From NCBI GenBank assembly GCA_965267575.1, contig OZ254086.1, positions 1,440,001 through 1,504,000 on the forward strand: DNA of 64,000 nucleotides. The letters run 5' to 3'. Positions 51,310 to 61,031 of this stretch are shown here, one piece after another. Position numbers and translations under genes: made by a program. The DNA comes from Calditrichales bacterium (lineage in GTDB: Bacteria > Calditrichota > Calditrichia > Calditrichales > J004). Positions within the stretch are counted from its first letter, which is position 1. Every line of letters starts with the position of its first letter. Under the pieces are notes generated by a model. The model saw only the letters and a list, made by a program, of their open reading frames with translations. It did not search any database and was not told the DNA's origin.

Positions 51310-52038
51310 ATGTTAAAACAAGTCAAACATCTTATTGGTAGAAAATTGACAATTCGTGACCAGACACTTGGTGAGGTCGGCGATATGCTTATCGACGACT
51401 CTAATTGGCAAATGCGTTATTGGGTGTGTGTTGTACCGGCGACGCAAAAGCAATGGCTTTTTAAGGCAGACGCATTAAAATCGTCTGAAACAGATTCCGG
51501 TTACCTGGCCATAAAGCTCAGGCACGGCAATATACTTGATGCAGACAAGGTGCCGCCTGTAAGCAAGCAGAAAAAGAAAGAAATGCAAAAATATAAAGAA
51601 TGGCCGCTCAATAACATGAACCTGGATGCGCTGAGCGAAGAGGAAGCTCTTGAGCTGGCTGAGATCATGTCCAGCCACAGCGGGTTGAAGAACAGCAGAT
51701 CGATGATCCTTGATGAGCATCTGCGCAGTGTCAAGGAAATTATGGGATACCGCATTGATACTGTTGATGATGAATTCGGCCACGTGGACGATTTTATTGT
51801 TGATGACAGCGACTGGTTGATTCGCTATGTCGTTATTGATACACGCAACTGGCTGCCGGGTGGAAAGCGCTTGTTGCTGCCGGTAACATGGATTGAAGAT
51901 ATCATGTGGAGCGATAACACCATCAAGACTGCACAAAGCCGCGAAAAGCTGGAAGGATGTCCGGAATTTGAAGACGGACAAAGAATTACAGCAGAAGAAG
52001 AATTAACCATTTTTAAACACTACGGAGGACATCTTTAA
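51310..52038 (+). CDS. Double PRC-barrel domain protein
   Basis: LGEVGDMLIDDSNWQMRY and FGHVDDFIVDDSDWLIRYVVIDT; start moved to ATG 51310 after GAGGTG. Confidence 0.85.
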   Translation: MLKQVKHLIGRKLTIRDQTLGEVGDMLIDDSNWQMRYWVCVVPATQKQWLFKADALKSSETDSGYLAIKLRHGNILDADKVPPVSKQKKKEMQKYKEWPLNNMNLDALSEEEALELAEIMSSHSGLKNSRSMILDEHLRSVKEIMGYRIDTVDDEFGHVDDFIVDDSDWLIRYVVIDTRNWLPGGKRLLLPVTWIEDIMWSDNTIKTAQSREKLEGCPEFEDGQRITAEEELTIFKHYGGHL

Positions 52039-52452
52039 TTGAGTTTATGGAATGACTTGTGGCCGGTTGTGGTCGTTTCCACACGCGAAGATATGGAGCT
52101 TTTGAGGGCCGTGGTGGCCGGGCGCTGTGTGCCGCTGATACGCCAGGATATCAGCCGCCTTTTGTTTGTCATCCGCCACCAGATGCCTTTTGCCATCATC
52201 ATTGAAAGTAATTACCTGGAAGAAGATGCGCTGGAAGTGATTCTGAATATCCGCGATGTGGACAAAACCATACCGGTGCTAATTTACGGAGAAAGCACCC
52301 GCGCGCTGGACAACTTTCGCGACGATGAAAATGATCGTCACACGGTGGAGATCAAATCGGCCAAAGACGTGTGTATTTTATTAAAAAGAATGCGTTCGCA
52401 AAGCGCGGGAAAAAAATATAATAAAATAACAGGAAATTACAGATACGCCTAA
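52039..52452 (+). CDS. Stand-alone pseudo-receiver-like protein
   Basis: PFAIIIESNYLEEDALEVILNIRDVDKTIPVLIY resembles receiver beta3-alpha3-beta4 with Glu at the phospho-Asp position. Confidence 0.5.
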   Translation: MSLWNDLWPVVVVSTREDMELLRAVVAGRCVPLIRQDISRLLFVIRHQMPFAIIIESNYLEEDALEVILNIRDVDKTIPVLIYGESTRALDNFRDDENDRHTVEIKSAKDVCILLKRMRSQSAGKKYNKITGNYRYA

Positions 52453-52466
52453 CAAAAGGAGGATAT

Positions 52467-52832
52467 ATGTATCAGGTGATTTATCATGAACAAGATAAAA
52501 TTGAGATCGCATTGGAAGGAAAAGTGACGCGCAAAGATATGCAGGAAGTAAACCACCAGCTGGAATCCCTGTGCCAGATGTATCCGAAGATAAATGTGCT
52601 TCTGGATACGATGAACGCCGATTCCTTCGATGCCTCCGTTTTGCTTGAGGATATCCGTTTTTACAAAGAGTATAGCGGCCATCTTAACCGCATGGCTGTA
52701 GTTGGAGACGGCGCGGCCAAGATGATTGCCAATGCCGTTGACAAAGTGGCGGATACGGAAATAAAAGGATTTAATGATGATGATATTGAAGCGGCGCGCA
52801 AGTGGATTTTTCCGAGCGTACTGCCTGCGTAA
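52467..52832 (+). CDS. SpoIIAA-like (STAS/SEC14) domain protein
   Basis: LEGKVTRKD, EDIRF, RMAVVGD, EIKGF..IEAARKWI. Confidence 0.85.
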   Translation: MYQVIYHEQDKIEIALEGKVTRKDMQEVNHQLESLCQMYPKINVLLDTMNADSFDASVLLEDIRFYKEYSGHLNRMAVVGDGAAKMIANAVDKVADTEIKGFNDDDIEAARKWIFPSVLPA

Positions 52833-52859
52833 TCCGAAAGCTTCGGAAAGGAGTGTCTT

Positions 52860-53612
52860 ATGTTACATAGTTTTAAAGCTCTGAGTAAATTTTCCCTGAA
52901 AGCACGTGATGGAGAAATAGGATCGGTGAGTGATTTCTATTTTGATGACCGCGTCTGGAACGTACGCTATCTAATTGCCGATACGGGCGGATGGCTTGCC
53001 TCAAGGCTGGTCATGATTGCGCCGGATTCCCTGGGCCTGGCCGCCTGGGAAAAGGAAAATCTTAGCGTTGAACTCACGCGTGAACAGATTGAAAACAGCC
53101 CTTCGATTGAAAGGAAGCTTCCGGTTTCCCGGCAAAAAGAGCTGGAGCTGATTGAATATTACCACTGGAATGATTACTGGGCCATGCACGACATTACGAT
53201 TCCGCCCAGCGGATTGATTATTTCCGGGGTGATGCATGACGATAAAGCCAAAAAGGAAATCGCCAAAAGCGACAATAAACCTTGGCTGCGCAGCATGGAT
53301 GAACTGAATGGTTATATCGTGCACGCTACGGACGGAGAAACGGGCCACATAGCGGACTTTTTTATTGATGACAAAAGCTGGCGCATACGCTTTATTGTTG
53401 TTGATACAAGCAATATTCCATTGATGGGCAAGAAAGTGCTTGTTCCGCCGGAATGGATTGAATCTGTTGAGTGGAACAAACGCAGCATTTTTCTTAATAT
53501 CTCCAGGGAGCTTGTTGAGAAAAGCCCTGAATATGATTCACAAAAGCCGTTTGAACAAAAATCGGAAGAAAAAAATTATGATTACTATCAGCGACCAAAA
53601 AACTATGTCTGA
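52860..53612 (+). CDS. Double PRC-barrel domain protein, second paralog
   Basis: ARDGEIGSVSDFYFDDRVWNVRY and ATDGETGHIADFFIDDKSWRIRF. Confidence 0.88.
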   Translation: MLHSFKALSKFSLKARDGEIGSVSDFYFDDRVWNVRYLIADTGGWLASRLVMIAPDSLGLAAWEKENLSVELTREQIENSPSIERKLPVSRQKELELIEYYHWNDYWAMHDITIPPSGLIISGVMHDDKAKKEIAKSDNKPWLRSMDELNGYIVHATDGETGHIADFFIDDKSWRIRFIVVDTSNIPLMGKKVLVPPEWIESVEWNKRSIFLNISRELVEKSPEYDSQKPFEQKSEEKNYDYYQRPKNYV

Positions 53613-54867
53613 TTTTAGCCGGAAACTGCCAGGGCTTCTGCGCGGATTTATGCTCGCCGCTCTGCTTCTGTTAATAGCTGCGGGCTGTAAGCAGGAGCCT
53701 CAGCAACCGGTAATGACCGGCCTGGACCGCGTTGATCAGCATAAGGACATTTTTTATGCCAAAAGGTTGGGCTTGATCACTAATCATACAGCTTTGACCC
53801 GAGACGGATCGCACATGATTGATGTCTTCAAAAACATGGATGGCACCGTAGTCACCGCGATATTCGGGCCTGAGCACGGTATAACCGGCCTGGCCGATGC
53901 CGGCAAAGAAATATCCGATAGCAGCTATGGTGAAATTCCCGTGTATAGCCTGTACGGGGAGAACCGCCGGCCTACTGCGGAAATGATGAACGATATAGAC
54001 ATGTTTGTTTTTGATATTCAGGATATCGGTACACGCTATTATACCTATATCTGGACCATGGCCTTGTCGATGGAATCCGCGGCAAAAGCGGGCATCCCTT
54101 TTGTGGTATTGGACAGGCCCAATCCCATCTCCGGTGAAAATCCTCAGGGTAATCTTGTAGATACGGCTTTTGCCAGTTTTGTGGGTCTCTACCCGGTACC
54201 TGTGCGTCACGCGATGACCGCCGGCGAGTTGGCCGGGCTGTTTAACAAGCAAGGCTGGCTGGATTCTGACAGGCCCGTTGAACTTACCGTTATTCCAATG
54301 GCCAACTGGGACCGTTCCCTTTATTATGACCAGACACAGCTGGAATTTGTAAAACCATCGCCCAACATGCCCGATCTAAAAAGCGCTTTGCTTTATCCCG
54401 GAACCTGCCTGTTTGAGGGCACAAACCTCAGCGAAGGTCGCGGAACGGACATGCCGTTTCAGATATTTGGCGCTCCCTGGGTCGAAAATGAATACATTGT
54501 GCGTCTGCTAAATGAAGCGGATCTGCCGGGGCTAAGCTTCCACATGGAGCAGTTTACGCCGCGTTCAAAGCCGGGTGCCGGGGCTCCCAAATATCAGGAT
54601 GAATTGTGCCTTGGCGTGCGCATTGAGATAGACGATCGGGATTCGATCAATCCTTTTTTCAGCGGGCTCTATATAATAAAGCTGCTTTATGAGCAATATC
54701 CTGAGCAATTCCGCTTCCGTGAAGCGCACTTTGACCGTTTGTGCGGTACGGACAAGATCCGCCAGGCAATCCTGAGCGGTGAACCCATGGAGCGGCTAAT
54801 GAACCTGAGTTCAGAAGGATTGGAAGAATTCAGTACAATTCGTCTCAATCACCTGCTGTACCAGTAA
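53605..54867 (+). CDS. namZ: Exo-beta-N-acetylmuramidase (DUF1343) lipoprotein
   Basis: Lipobox IAAGC; FGPEHG, FDIQDIGTRYYTY, LDRPNP, FEGTNLSEGRGT; start moved to ATG 53605. Confidence 0.88.
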   Translation: MSDFSRKLPGLLRGFMLAALLLLIAAGCKQEPQQPVMTGLDRVDQHKDIFYAKRLGLITNHTALTRDGSHMIDVFKNMDGTVVTAIFGPEHGITGLADAGKEISDSSYGEIPVYSLYGENRRPTAEMMNDIDMFVFDIQDIGTRYYTYIWTMALSMESAAKAGIPFVVLDRPNPISGENPQGNLVDTAFASFVGLYPVPVRHAMTAGELAGLFNKQGWLDSDRPVELTVIPMANWDRSLYYDQTQLEFVKPSPNMPDLKSALLYPGTCLFEGTNLSEGRGTDMPFQIFGAPWVENEYIVRLLNEADLPGLSFHMEQFTPRSKPGAGAPKYQDELCLGVRIEIDDRDSINPFFSGLYIIKLLYEQYPEQFRFREAHFDRLCGTDKIRQAILSGEPMERLMNLSSEGLEEFSTIRLNHLLYQ

Positions 54868-55852
54868 GTATTACTGCTTTCATCTGTTCGATAATTTCCG
54901 GATTTGGCAGGTTGTCAAAACCCAGGACCAGGTATTCAAAATTGCTGGCCAGAATCTCTTCAGGATGAATGATATATTGTGTGTTGCGTCCGATATGCTC
55001 CCAGAATGAGGGCAGTGAACCGGGCGAGTGCAAAACAGGATCACCGTTTTTAAGTACGGCTTCCCAGCCGGAATTATTCTTTTTTGTCTCCATCAAACTG
55101 AAAGCGAAGTTCTGAAAAATACCGCCGGGCTTATCCGGATTATAATGTGGGGATGAGCTATGCAAAAAAGACGTGACCGCTATGGTACTGTCTTCATGCT
55201 TCAGCGTCATCACGGCGTTAATCAGCGGCGCGTCAGGATTTGTAAGGCGCCGGTTGTGCCATTCCTCCGGCAGTTTCACTTCGTAATTCAGTTCCTTAAA
55301 TCCAATAATCTCAAAAAGCTGTTGCCGCAGCGCCGGGTTTTGCCGCGAAAAAATATGAAAGATCTCGTGCACAAAAATCTCTTTTAAGCGTGCTTTTTGC
55401 TGCACGATAATACCTTCTGTGTAAACGATGCCGTTTCTGCGGGTATAGGCCACCGGAGCCCCGCCCTCCTCCAGACCACTTGTTTTTAAAAGCCATACCG
55501 TATCCGGAAGCTGTAACTCCAGCTGCTCCAGTTTTGGGCGAATTTCATTGACGTAGGCTTTAAACAGCTCAATTTCCTCAGCCGTCCAGGAGCGGCCCTG
55601 TTTGGCCATATGGCCCAAAAGCGCTTCACGGCTCACCGGCTCCAGCCTGTTCAAACGTGCCTGAAGGTCATAGCGGCCCATCGCCCGGATATATTCATCT
55701 TCAATGCTTAAAAACGCACCTGCTTTCTGCGCATCCGCGAAAACAAGTACGCTGCTTTGAGACAGGTCTGTTTTTTGCCCGTGGACGGGGCCGGCCCATA
55801 GTACAATCAGAAACGCGCAGAAAAAGAGTAAAAGGATTCGTTCCGTTCGCAT
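54845..55852 (-). CDS. Secreted zincin-like hypothetical protein
   Basis: Signal peptide; AYTR, HEIFH, HPEEILASNF. Confidence 0.65.
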   Translation of the reverse strand: MRTERILLLFFCAFLIVLWAGPVHGQKTDLSQSSVLVFADAQKAGAFLSIEDEYIRAMGRYDLQARLNRLEPVSREALLGHMAKQGRSWTAEEIELFKAYVNEIRPKLEQLELQLPDTVWLLKTSGLEEGGAPVAYTRRNGIVYTEGIIVQQKARLKEIFVHEIFHIFSRQNPALRQQLFEIIGFKELNYEVKLPEEWHNRRLTNPDAPLINAVMTLKHEDSTIAVTSFLHSSSPHYNPDKPGGIFQNFAFSLMETKKNNSGWEAVLKNGDPVLHSPGSLPSFWEHIGRNTQYIIHPEEILASNFEYLVLGFDNLPNPEIIEQMKAVILTGTAGD

Positions 55853-55955
55853 TGTGTTACCTCCGTTGGATTAAGAAAATTGCGTGCAGTATCTTTTTTT
55901 AATTAGCTTCGTAGGTGCACTTGATATCCCGGACTTTTGCAGGAGTTGGACGGTT

Positions 55956-58394
55956 ATGGCCAAAGATATTCGCGTACGTATTCTCATATATTTTCTCCTC
56001 GCCATCGCATCATTGTTTATGGGCTTCAGACTGGATAACAAAACATCTCCGGACCTGGCCCTCGTCCCAAAAATTGACCGCCAGCAGGCCATCGAAACGG
56101 CCAGGGCTTTTCTGGATCGTTATGGCTTTGCGTATGAAAACTTTAGCGAATACGCCTTTTATAAATTCGATAACAGCGGCTCCAATTATATCATTTCTCG
56201 GCGCGGCATCGAAGGTTTCCGCGCGCTGGTTGAGGCTGATAGCATTCCCTTCAGCCAATGGAGCGTCGAATATTATAAAAATGTCCCAAAAAACAAAGAA
56301 GAAGAATTATTTATGGTTCTTGTTTCTGCCACGGGACATCTTAACGGATTTATGCACCGTTTACCGGATTCCACGTCAATGCTGTCGGCCAGTGAAGAAG
56401 AAGCACTGCAAAAAGCCAACGCCTTTCTGGAAAAGTGGCCGGGCATAGACGCGACGCAATTTACCCGCGACCGCGTAAACTCTCAGAATTTCAGCCGTAG
56501 CCATTACGATGTGGTTTATGTGCGCAGCGGTCCGAAACTGGCCGCCGGCGAGGAGAAAATATTTATAACCGTTTCCGGTGATCGTGTCACCTCTTTTCGC
56601 CACATTTTTTCAGAACCGCAAAGTGCCAATGTGGGCGCGGTTGAAGGTCCCAACCTGCTTTTTAATGCGCTCTCCATCTTAGCCTATTTGATTGTCAGTA
56701 TCCTGGCGCTGGTTCTGTTTCTCAAGCGCTATCACGAAGGTGAAATCGGCGTAAGCACCGCGCTTTGGGCAGGCCTGATTGTTTATGTGGCGTTGATCGT
56801 AATGGTCATATTGCTGTGGGATGGCTGGGCAGATGGTGTCGGATTTGGAACCGTGAGCCGCATCTATACAAAATGGATCCTGCTGGGCGTGCAGATGATT
56901 ATTTCCTATGTCTACCTTTTCGTCAATAGTTTTACAGCCTGGGCCGTTGGCGATTATGAAATCCGTAAAAGCGGCCGCAATTTGCTGGGTGGTCTGGACA
57001 GCATTCTCAACAGGGCGTTTTTTACAAAAAACGTTGGTCGTGAAGTGCCCGTTGGCATTGCCATGGGCAGCGTGGTCTTTGGCCTGACGGTCGTGGTTAA
57101 TTTTCTCATCATTACGTTTACCGGCGGCTACAGCGAGGTTTACGGGGAAAATACACGCCATCTGAATTATTCCTTTCCGCTTGCCGGCGTATTCTTCTCC
57201 ATGCTTTTTTACGCGCTGTACGAGGAGATCATTTTCCGCAAGTTTTTTGTTACCTACATGCGGAACATTACATCTTCGTGGTTCTGGGGCATTTTTATTT
57301 CGGCCGGAGCCTATGCCCTGTTCAATATTTTCTTTTCGTCGTTTTTCCAGTTCTGGCCACGCTACTACGCGCTGATTCCCTACTTTACCATAGGGCTGGT
57401 TCAGGGCTACGTTTTTTGGCGCTACGGTCTGCTGGCTTCAATGACTTCGGGCATGTTTTTTGTCAGCATGGATATTGTGCGCTACTGGCTGGAAAGCGGT
57501 AACCCCGCGTACACTGTGCCCGCCTACATTACCGTGGTTTTTTGGATTGCCGTAACGCTCGTGTCGCTATATAGCCTTGTAAAAGGGCGCTACTTCCAGT
57601 ATTCGCGCTCCAGCGAACCGCTGCATATCAAGCGCATTAAGGAACGTACCCGCATGCAGAAGGAGTTGGAAATAGCCCGCAGGGTGCAGCTTGGCCTGCT
57701 GCCCAAGGAAAGACCGGCCATGGAAGGTTTTGACGTCGCCGGAATTTGTGTGCCGGCAAATGAAGTGGGCGGCGACTATTTTGATTTTATTCAACTTCAG
57801 GACGGCAAGCTGGGACTGGCCATCGCCGACGTTTCCGGTAAGGGCGTTCCGGCGGCGATATACATGACGCTTACCAAGGGCATTTTGCAGTCGCACGCCG
57901 AATCCGATCTTTCACCCAAAACGGTTCTCAGCAAGGTAAACAGCCTGATGTACCGCACCATTGAGCGCTCCTGGTTTGTGAGCATGTTCTACGCCGTGCT
58001 CGATCCGCAAACCCGCAAGATGCGCTTTGCCCGTGCCGGTCACAATCCTGCTTTTGTTATAAACCAGAACAGGGAAAAACCGCAACTGCTGCAAACAGCG
58101 GGCATCGGTCTTGGCCTGGAAATGGGCGAGATCTTTAACCGCACCCTGGCCGAAGGCGAGCTGCAGCTCAGCCCCGGTGATACGCTGGTTTTTTACACGG
58201 ACGGTTTCACTGAGGCAATCGATGAACAGGGTAAGGAATATGGCGAGGAACGCTTGCTGGACTTTATCCAGGCTAACGACAATGGTGGCGGCGCGGCCGG
58301 TATACTCGAAAAAACCGTAAATGAAATCAGACTGTTTTGCGGAAATGCCGAGCAGCACGACGATATGACCATGGTGGTACTTAAAGTGTTATGA
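55956..58394 (+). CDS. Membrane protein: periplasmic domain, CPBP/CAAX-like membrane domain, C-terminal PP2C (SpoIIE/RsbU) phosphatase
   Basis: YEEIIFRK; EVGGDYFD, IADVSGKG, YTDG, DDMT; ATG 55956 after AGGAG. Confidence 0.88.
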   Translation: MAKDIRVRILIYFLLAIASLFMGFRLDNKTSPDLALVPKIDRQQAIETARAFLDRYGFAYENFSEYAFYKFDNSGSNYIISRRGIEGFRALVEADSIPFSQWSVEYYKNVPKNKEEELFMVLVSATGHLNGFMHRLPDSTSMLSASEEEALQKANAFLEKWPGIDATQFTRDRVNSQNFSRSHYDVVYVRSGPKLAAGEEKIFITVSGDRVTSFRHIFSEPQSANVGAVEGPNLLFNALSILAYLIVSILALVLFLKRYHEGEIGVSTALWAGLIVYVALIVMVILLWDGWADGVGFGTVSRIYTKWILLGVQMIISYVYLFVNSFTAWAVGDYEIRKSGRNLLGGLDSILNRAFFTKNVGREVPVGIAMGSVVFGLTVVVNFLIITFTGGYSEVYGENTRHLNYSFPLAGVFFSMLFYALYEEIIFRKFFVTYMRNITSSWFWGIFISAGAYALFNIFFSSFFQFWPRYYALIPYFTIGLVQGYVFWRYGLLASMTSGMFFVSMDIVRYWLESGNPAYTVPAYITVVFWIAVTLVSLYSLVKGRYFQYSRSSEPLHIKRIKERTRMQKELEIARRVQLGLLPKERPAMEGFDVAGICVPANEVGGDYFDFIQLQDGKLGLAIADVSGKGVPAAIYMTLTKGILQSHAESDLSPKTVLSKVNSLMYRTIERSWFVSMFYAVLDPQTRKMRFARAGHNPAFVINQNREKPQLLQTAGIGLGLEMGEIFNRTLAEGELQLSPGDTLVFYTDGFTEAIDEQGKEYGEERLLDFIQANDNGGGAAGILEKTVNEIRLFCGNAEQHDDMTMVVLKVL

Positions 58395-58442
58395 GAGTCG
58401 CTGCTGTTTTGCCTGTGGCGGCATAATCTTTAAATTGTCGTT

Positions 58443-58724
58443 ATGATTAGATTATATCGACACCCTCAAAGCGCTTTGGCCGACCAGCTTGAGGAGCGCT
58501 TAAAGGAACATTCCATTGCTTATGAAAAGCGCGTTGTAAAAGACCAAACCCCGCCTGAAATACCGACGGATGTATCATTGCCCGCATTTGAAGAGGGCGG
58601 AAAAATAACATCCGGAAAAGAGGCCTGCCTTAAATTTATTAAACAACTGGAAAAAGAGATCGCTGACTGGCGCAAGTTTCAGAGCGATTCCTGCTATATT
58701 GACGATGACGGAAAAGTGTGTTAA
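58443..58724 (+). CDS. Small glutaredoxin-like-fold protein
   Basis: IRLY..LEERLKEHSIAYE..SLPAFEEGG; no CxxC; C-terminal CYIDDDGKVC. Confidence 0.55.
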   Translation: MIRLYRHPQSALADQLEERLKEHSIAYEKRVVKDQTPPEIPTDVSLPAFEEGGKITSGKEACLKFIKQLEKEIADWRKFQSDSCYIDDDGKVC

Positions 58725-58745
58725 CGACCTAACCTGTGAGGGAAT

Positions 58746-60812
58746 ATGAAAACGATCCTGTTTATGATTTTGCTTTGCGTGGCCTTTGTTTTGGCCCAGA
58801 ACAGCAGGGAATGGCTGAGTCCGGCTATCGATAATGCTACGACGCAGCTTGTGGAAAAGTATGGTGAGGAGCAGCGCGCCTCCATTGAACGCGGACTGAA
58901 ACAGGTAGCCGATTTCTGGCGTGAGGAAGACGGCAGCGCGGAAGACTACATCGCTTTTGCGTTGCGCCATTACGCCGGGGATCAGGCCACGCGCGACGCT
59001 ATGTTTAATCGTTACCAGTATTTGCTGGAACAGATCGGCGGACACATGAACCAGATGATCCTGGCATTGCGCCGCCAGACGGATGAGGACAGGGGCCCGA
59101 TCTATCCGTTTGATGAACTGTTTGCCGCTTATAATCCGGCAGCCCACGTCAACTCAGACCTTTTTGAGAACAAGCTGGCCTTTATTGTATTGCTCAATTT
59201 TCCCCTGACCACACTGGAAGAGCGGCTGGCAAACGGTGCTGAATGGACCCGCCGGCAATGGGCCGAGGTGCGGCTTGCCCAAGATTTTGGCGTGCGCGTG
59301 CCCTCTTCCGTAAACCAGGCCGTTTCGGCTGCTGCCGCCAGGGCCGATCAGTACATTGCCGGTTACAACATCTGGATGCATCACCTGATTGATAATGACG
59401 GACAGCGCCTTTTTCCGGAAGGACTGCGGCTGCTGTCGCACTGGAACCTGCGCGATGAGATAAAGGCCCAGTACGCCCAGGACGAGCAGGGGCTGGAGCG
59501 CCAGCGCATGATCCGGAAAGTTATGGAGCGGATTGTTGACCAGACAATCCCTGAGGCGGTTATTGACAATCCGCACCTGGATTGGAATCCCTACAGCAAC
59601 ACCGTCAAAAAATCACCCGTTAACGACAGCGACCGTAAAGCTCCCACAGACCTGAAGGCCGATGACAGCCGTGAACCCGATACGCGCTACGATGTATTGC
59701 TGGGCACATATCTGGCTGCCCGCCAGGTCGATGCTTATTCGCCGACCGCGCCGACGCATATTCTGCGCCGTTTTGAGCAGGACCGTGAAATCCCTGAAGA
59801 ACGCGTTCGCAAAATGCTGGAAACGGTTCTGGAGTCGCCGCTTTTTGCGCAGGTCGGGCAGCTTATAGAACAGCGCCTGGGCCGCGAGCTGGAGCCTTTT
59901 GATATCTGGTATAATGGTTTTAAACCACGCGGCAAATACACCGAGCAGGAGCTGGATAAAATTACCCGCGAGCGCTATCCCACGGCGCAGGCATTTCACA
60001 AGGACATTGCCCGCATTCTGACGGGGCTGGATTTTTCCCGGGATAAAGCCGATTACCTTGCCGCCAACATTGAGGTGGATCCCGCACGCGGCTCGGGACA
60101 TGCCTGGGGTCCGCAAATGCGCTCGGCGCCGGCCCACCTGCGCACCCGCGTGGGCAAAGACGGCATGGACTACAAGGGCTATAACATCGCTGTGCACGAG
60201 CTGGGACATAATGTGGAGCAGACCTTTTCCTTAAAGGATTTAGATTATACGCTGCTTGAGGGTGTGCCCAATACCGCTTTCACCGAAGCACTGGCTTTCG
60301 TTTTCCAGAACAAGGATTTGGAATTGCTGGGACTTTCCAGCGATGACCCGCAAGGCGAAGCGCTTAATGCTTTGAATACGTATTGGGGTACCTGTGAGAT
60401 TGGTGCGGTGGCGCTTGTTGATATGGAAGTGTGGCACTGGATGTATGATCACCCGCAGGCCACGCCCGCCGAGTTGCGCCAGGCCACGCTGGACATCTCC
60501 AAAAAGATCTGGAACCGCTATTTTGCGGATGTCTTTGGCAAACGCGATGTGACGTTGCTGGGCATCTATTCGCACATGATCCACTCCTTTCTGTACCTGC
60601 CGGATTACCCGATTGGCCACATGATCGCCCTGCAGATTGAGGAACACATGCGCGAGGCCGGTGAGATCGGACCGGAGTTTGAGCGCATGACCGTGCAGGG
60701 CCGCTTAACGCCGGACCTGTGGATGAAAGGCGCCACCGGAAAACCGGTAGGTCCGGACGCGTTGCTTAGCGCTACGGAAAAGGCCCTAAAGGTTATAAAA
60801 AACGGCAACTAA
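58746..60812 (+). CDS. Secreted gluzincin metallopeptidase (M3/M32-like)
   Basis: Signal peptide; HELGH then NTAFTEALA; YLPDYPIGH. Confidence 0.75.
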   Translation: MKTILFMILLCVAFVLAQNSREWLSPAIDNATTQLVEKYGEEQRASIERGLKQVADFWREEDGSAEDYIAFALRHYAGDQATRDAMFNRYQYLLEQIGGHMNQMILALRRQTDEDRGPIYPFDELFAAYNPAAHVNSDLFENKLAFIVLLNFPLTTLEERLANGAEWTRRQWAEVRLAQDFGVRVPSSVNQAVSAAAARADQYIAGYNIWMHHLIDNDGQRLFPEGLRLLSHWNLRDEIKAQYAQDEQGLERQRMIRKVMERIVDQTIPEAVIDNPHLDWNPYSNTVKKSPVNDSDRKAPTDLKADDSREPDTRYDVLLGTYLAARQVDAYSPTAPTHILRRFEQDREIPEERVRKMLETVLESPLFAQVGQLIEQRLGRELEPFDIWYNGFKPRGKYTEQELDKITRERYPTAQAFHKDIARILTGLDFSRDKADYLAANIEVDPARGSGHAWGPQMRSAPAHLRTRVGKDGMDYKGYNIAVHELGHNVEQTFSLKDLDYTLLEGVPNTAFTEALAFVFQNKDLELLGLSSDDPQGEALNALNTYWGTCEIGAVALVDMEVWHWMYDHPQATPAELRQATLDISKKIWNRYFADVFGKRDVTLLGIYSHMIHSFLYLPDYPIGHMIALQIEEHMREAGEIGPEFERMTVQGRLTPDLWMKGATGKPVGPDALLSATEKALKVIKNGN

Positions 60813-60844
60813 GCGGAAGAAAAGAAAAGCTAAAACTACTGAGA

Positions 60845-60868
60845 GGGCCCGCTCGGCGGGCCTTTTTT
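60845..60868 (+). terminator. Intrinsic terminator
   Basis: GGCCCGC-tcg-GCGGGCC then T6. Confidence 0.8.
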
Positions 60869-61031
60869 ATTTAGAGCAACTTCAATTTTTAGCTTCATTC
60901 GAATTTGCGTATAGATTTTGGCATATTTTTTTTATCTTTGTTTCAGCTTGCAACACTTTTTTTAAATGCGCGTGCGTTGCAGCGCTGGCCAAATCAACCC
61001 AATACTAAAACAGTAAACAGACGAGGAAAGA

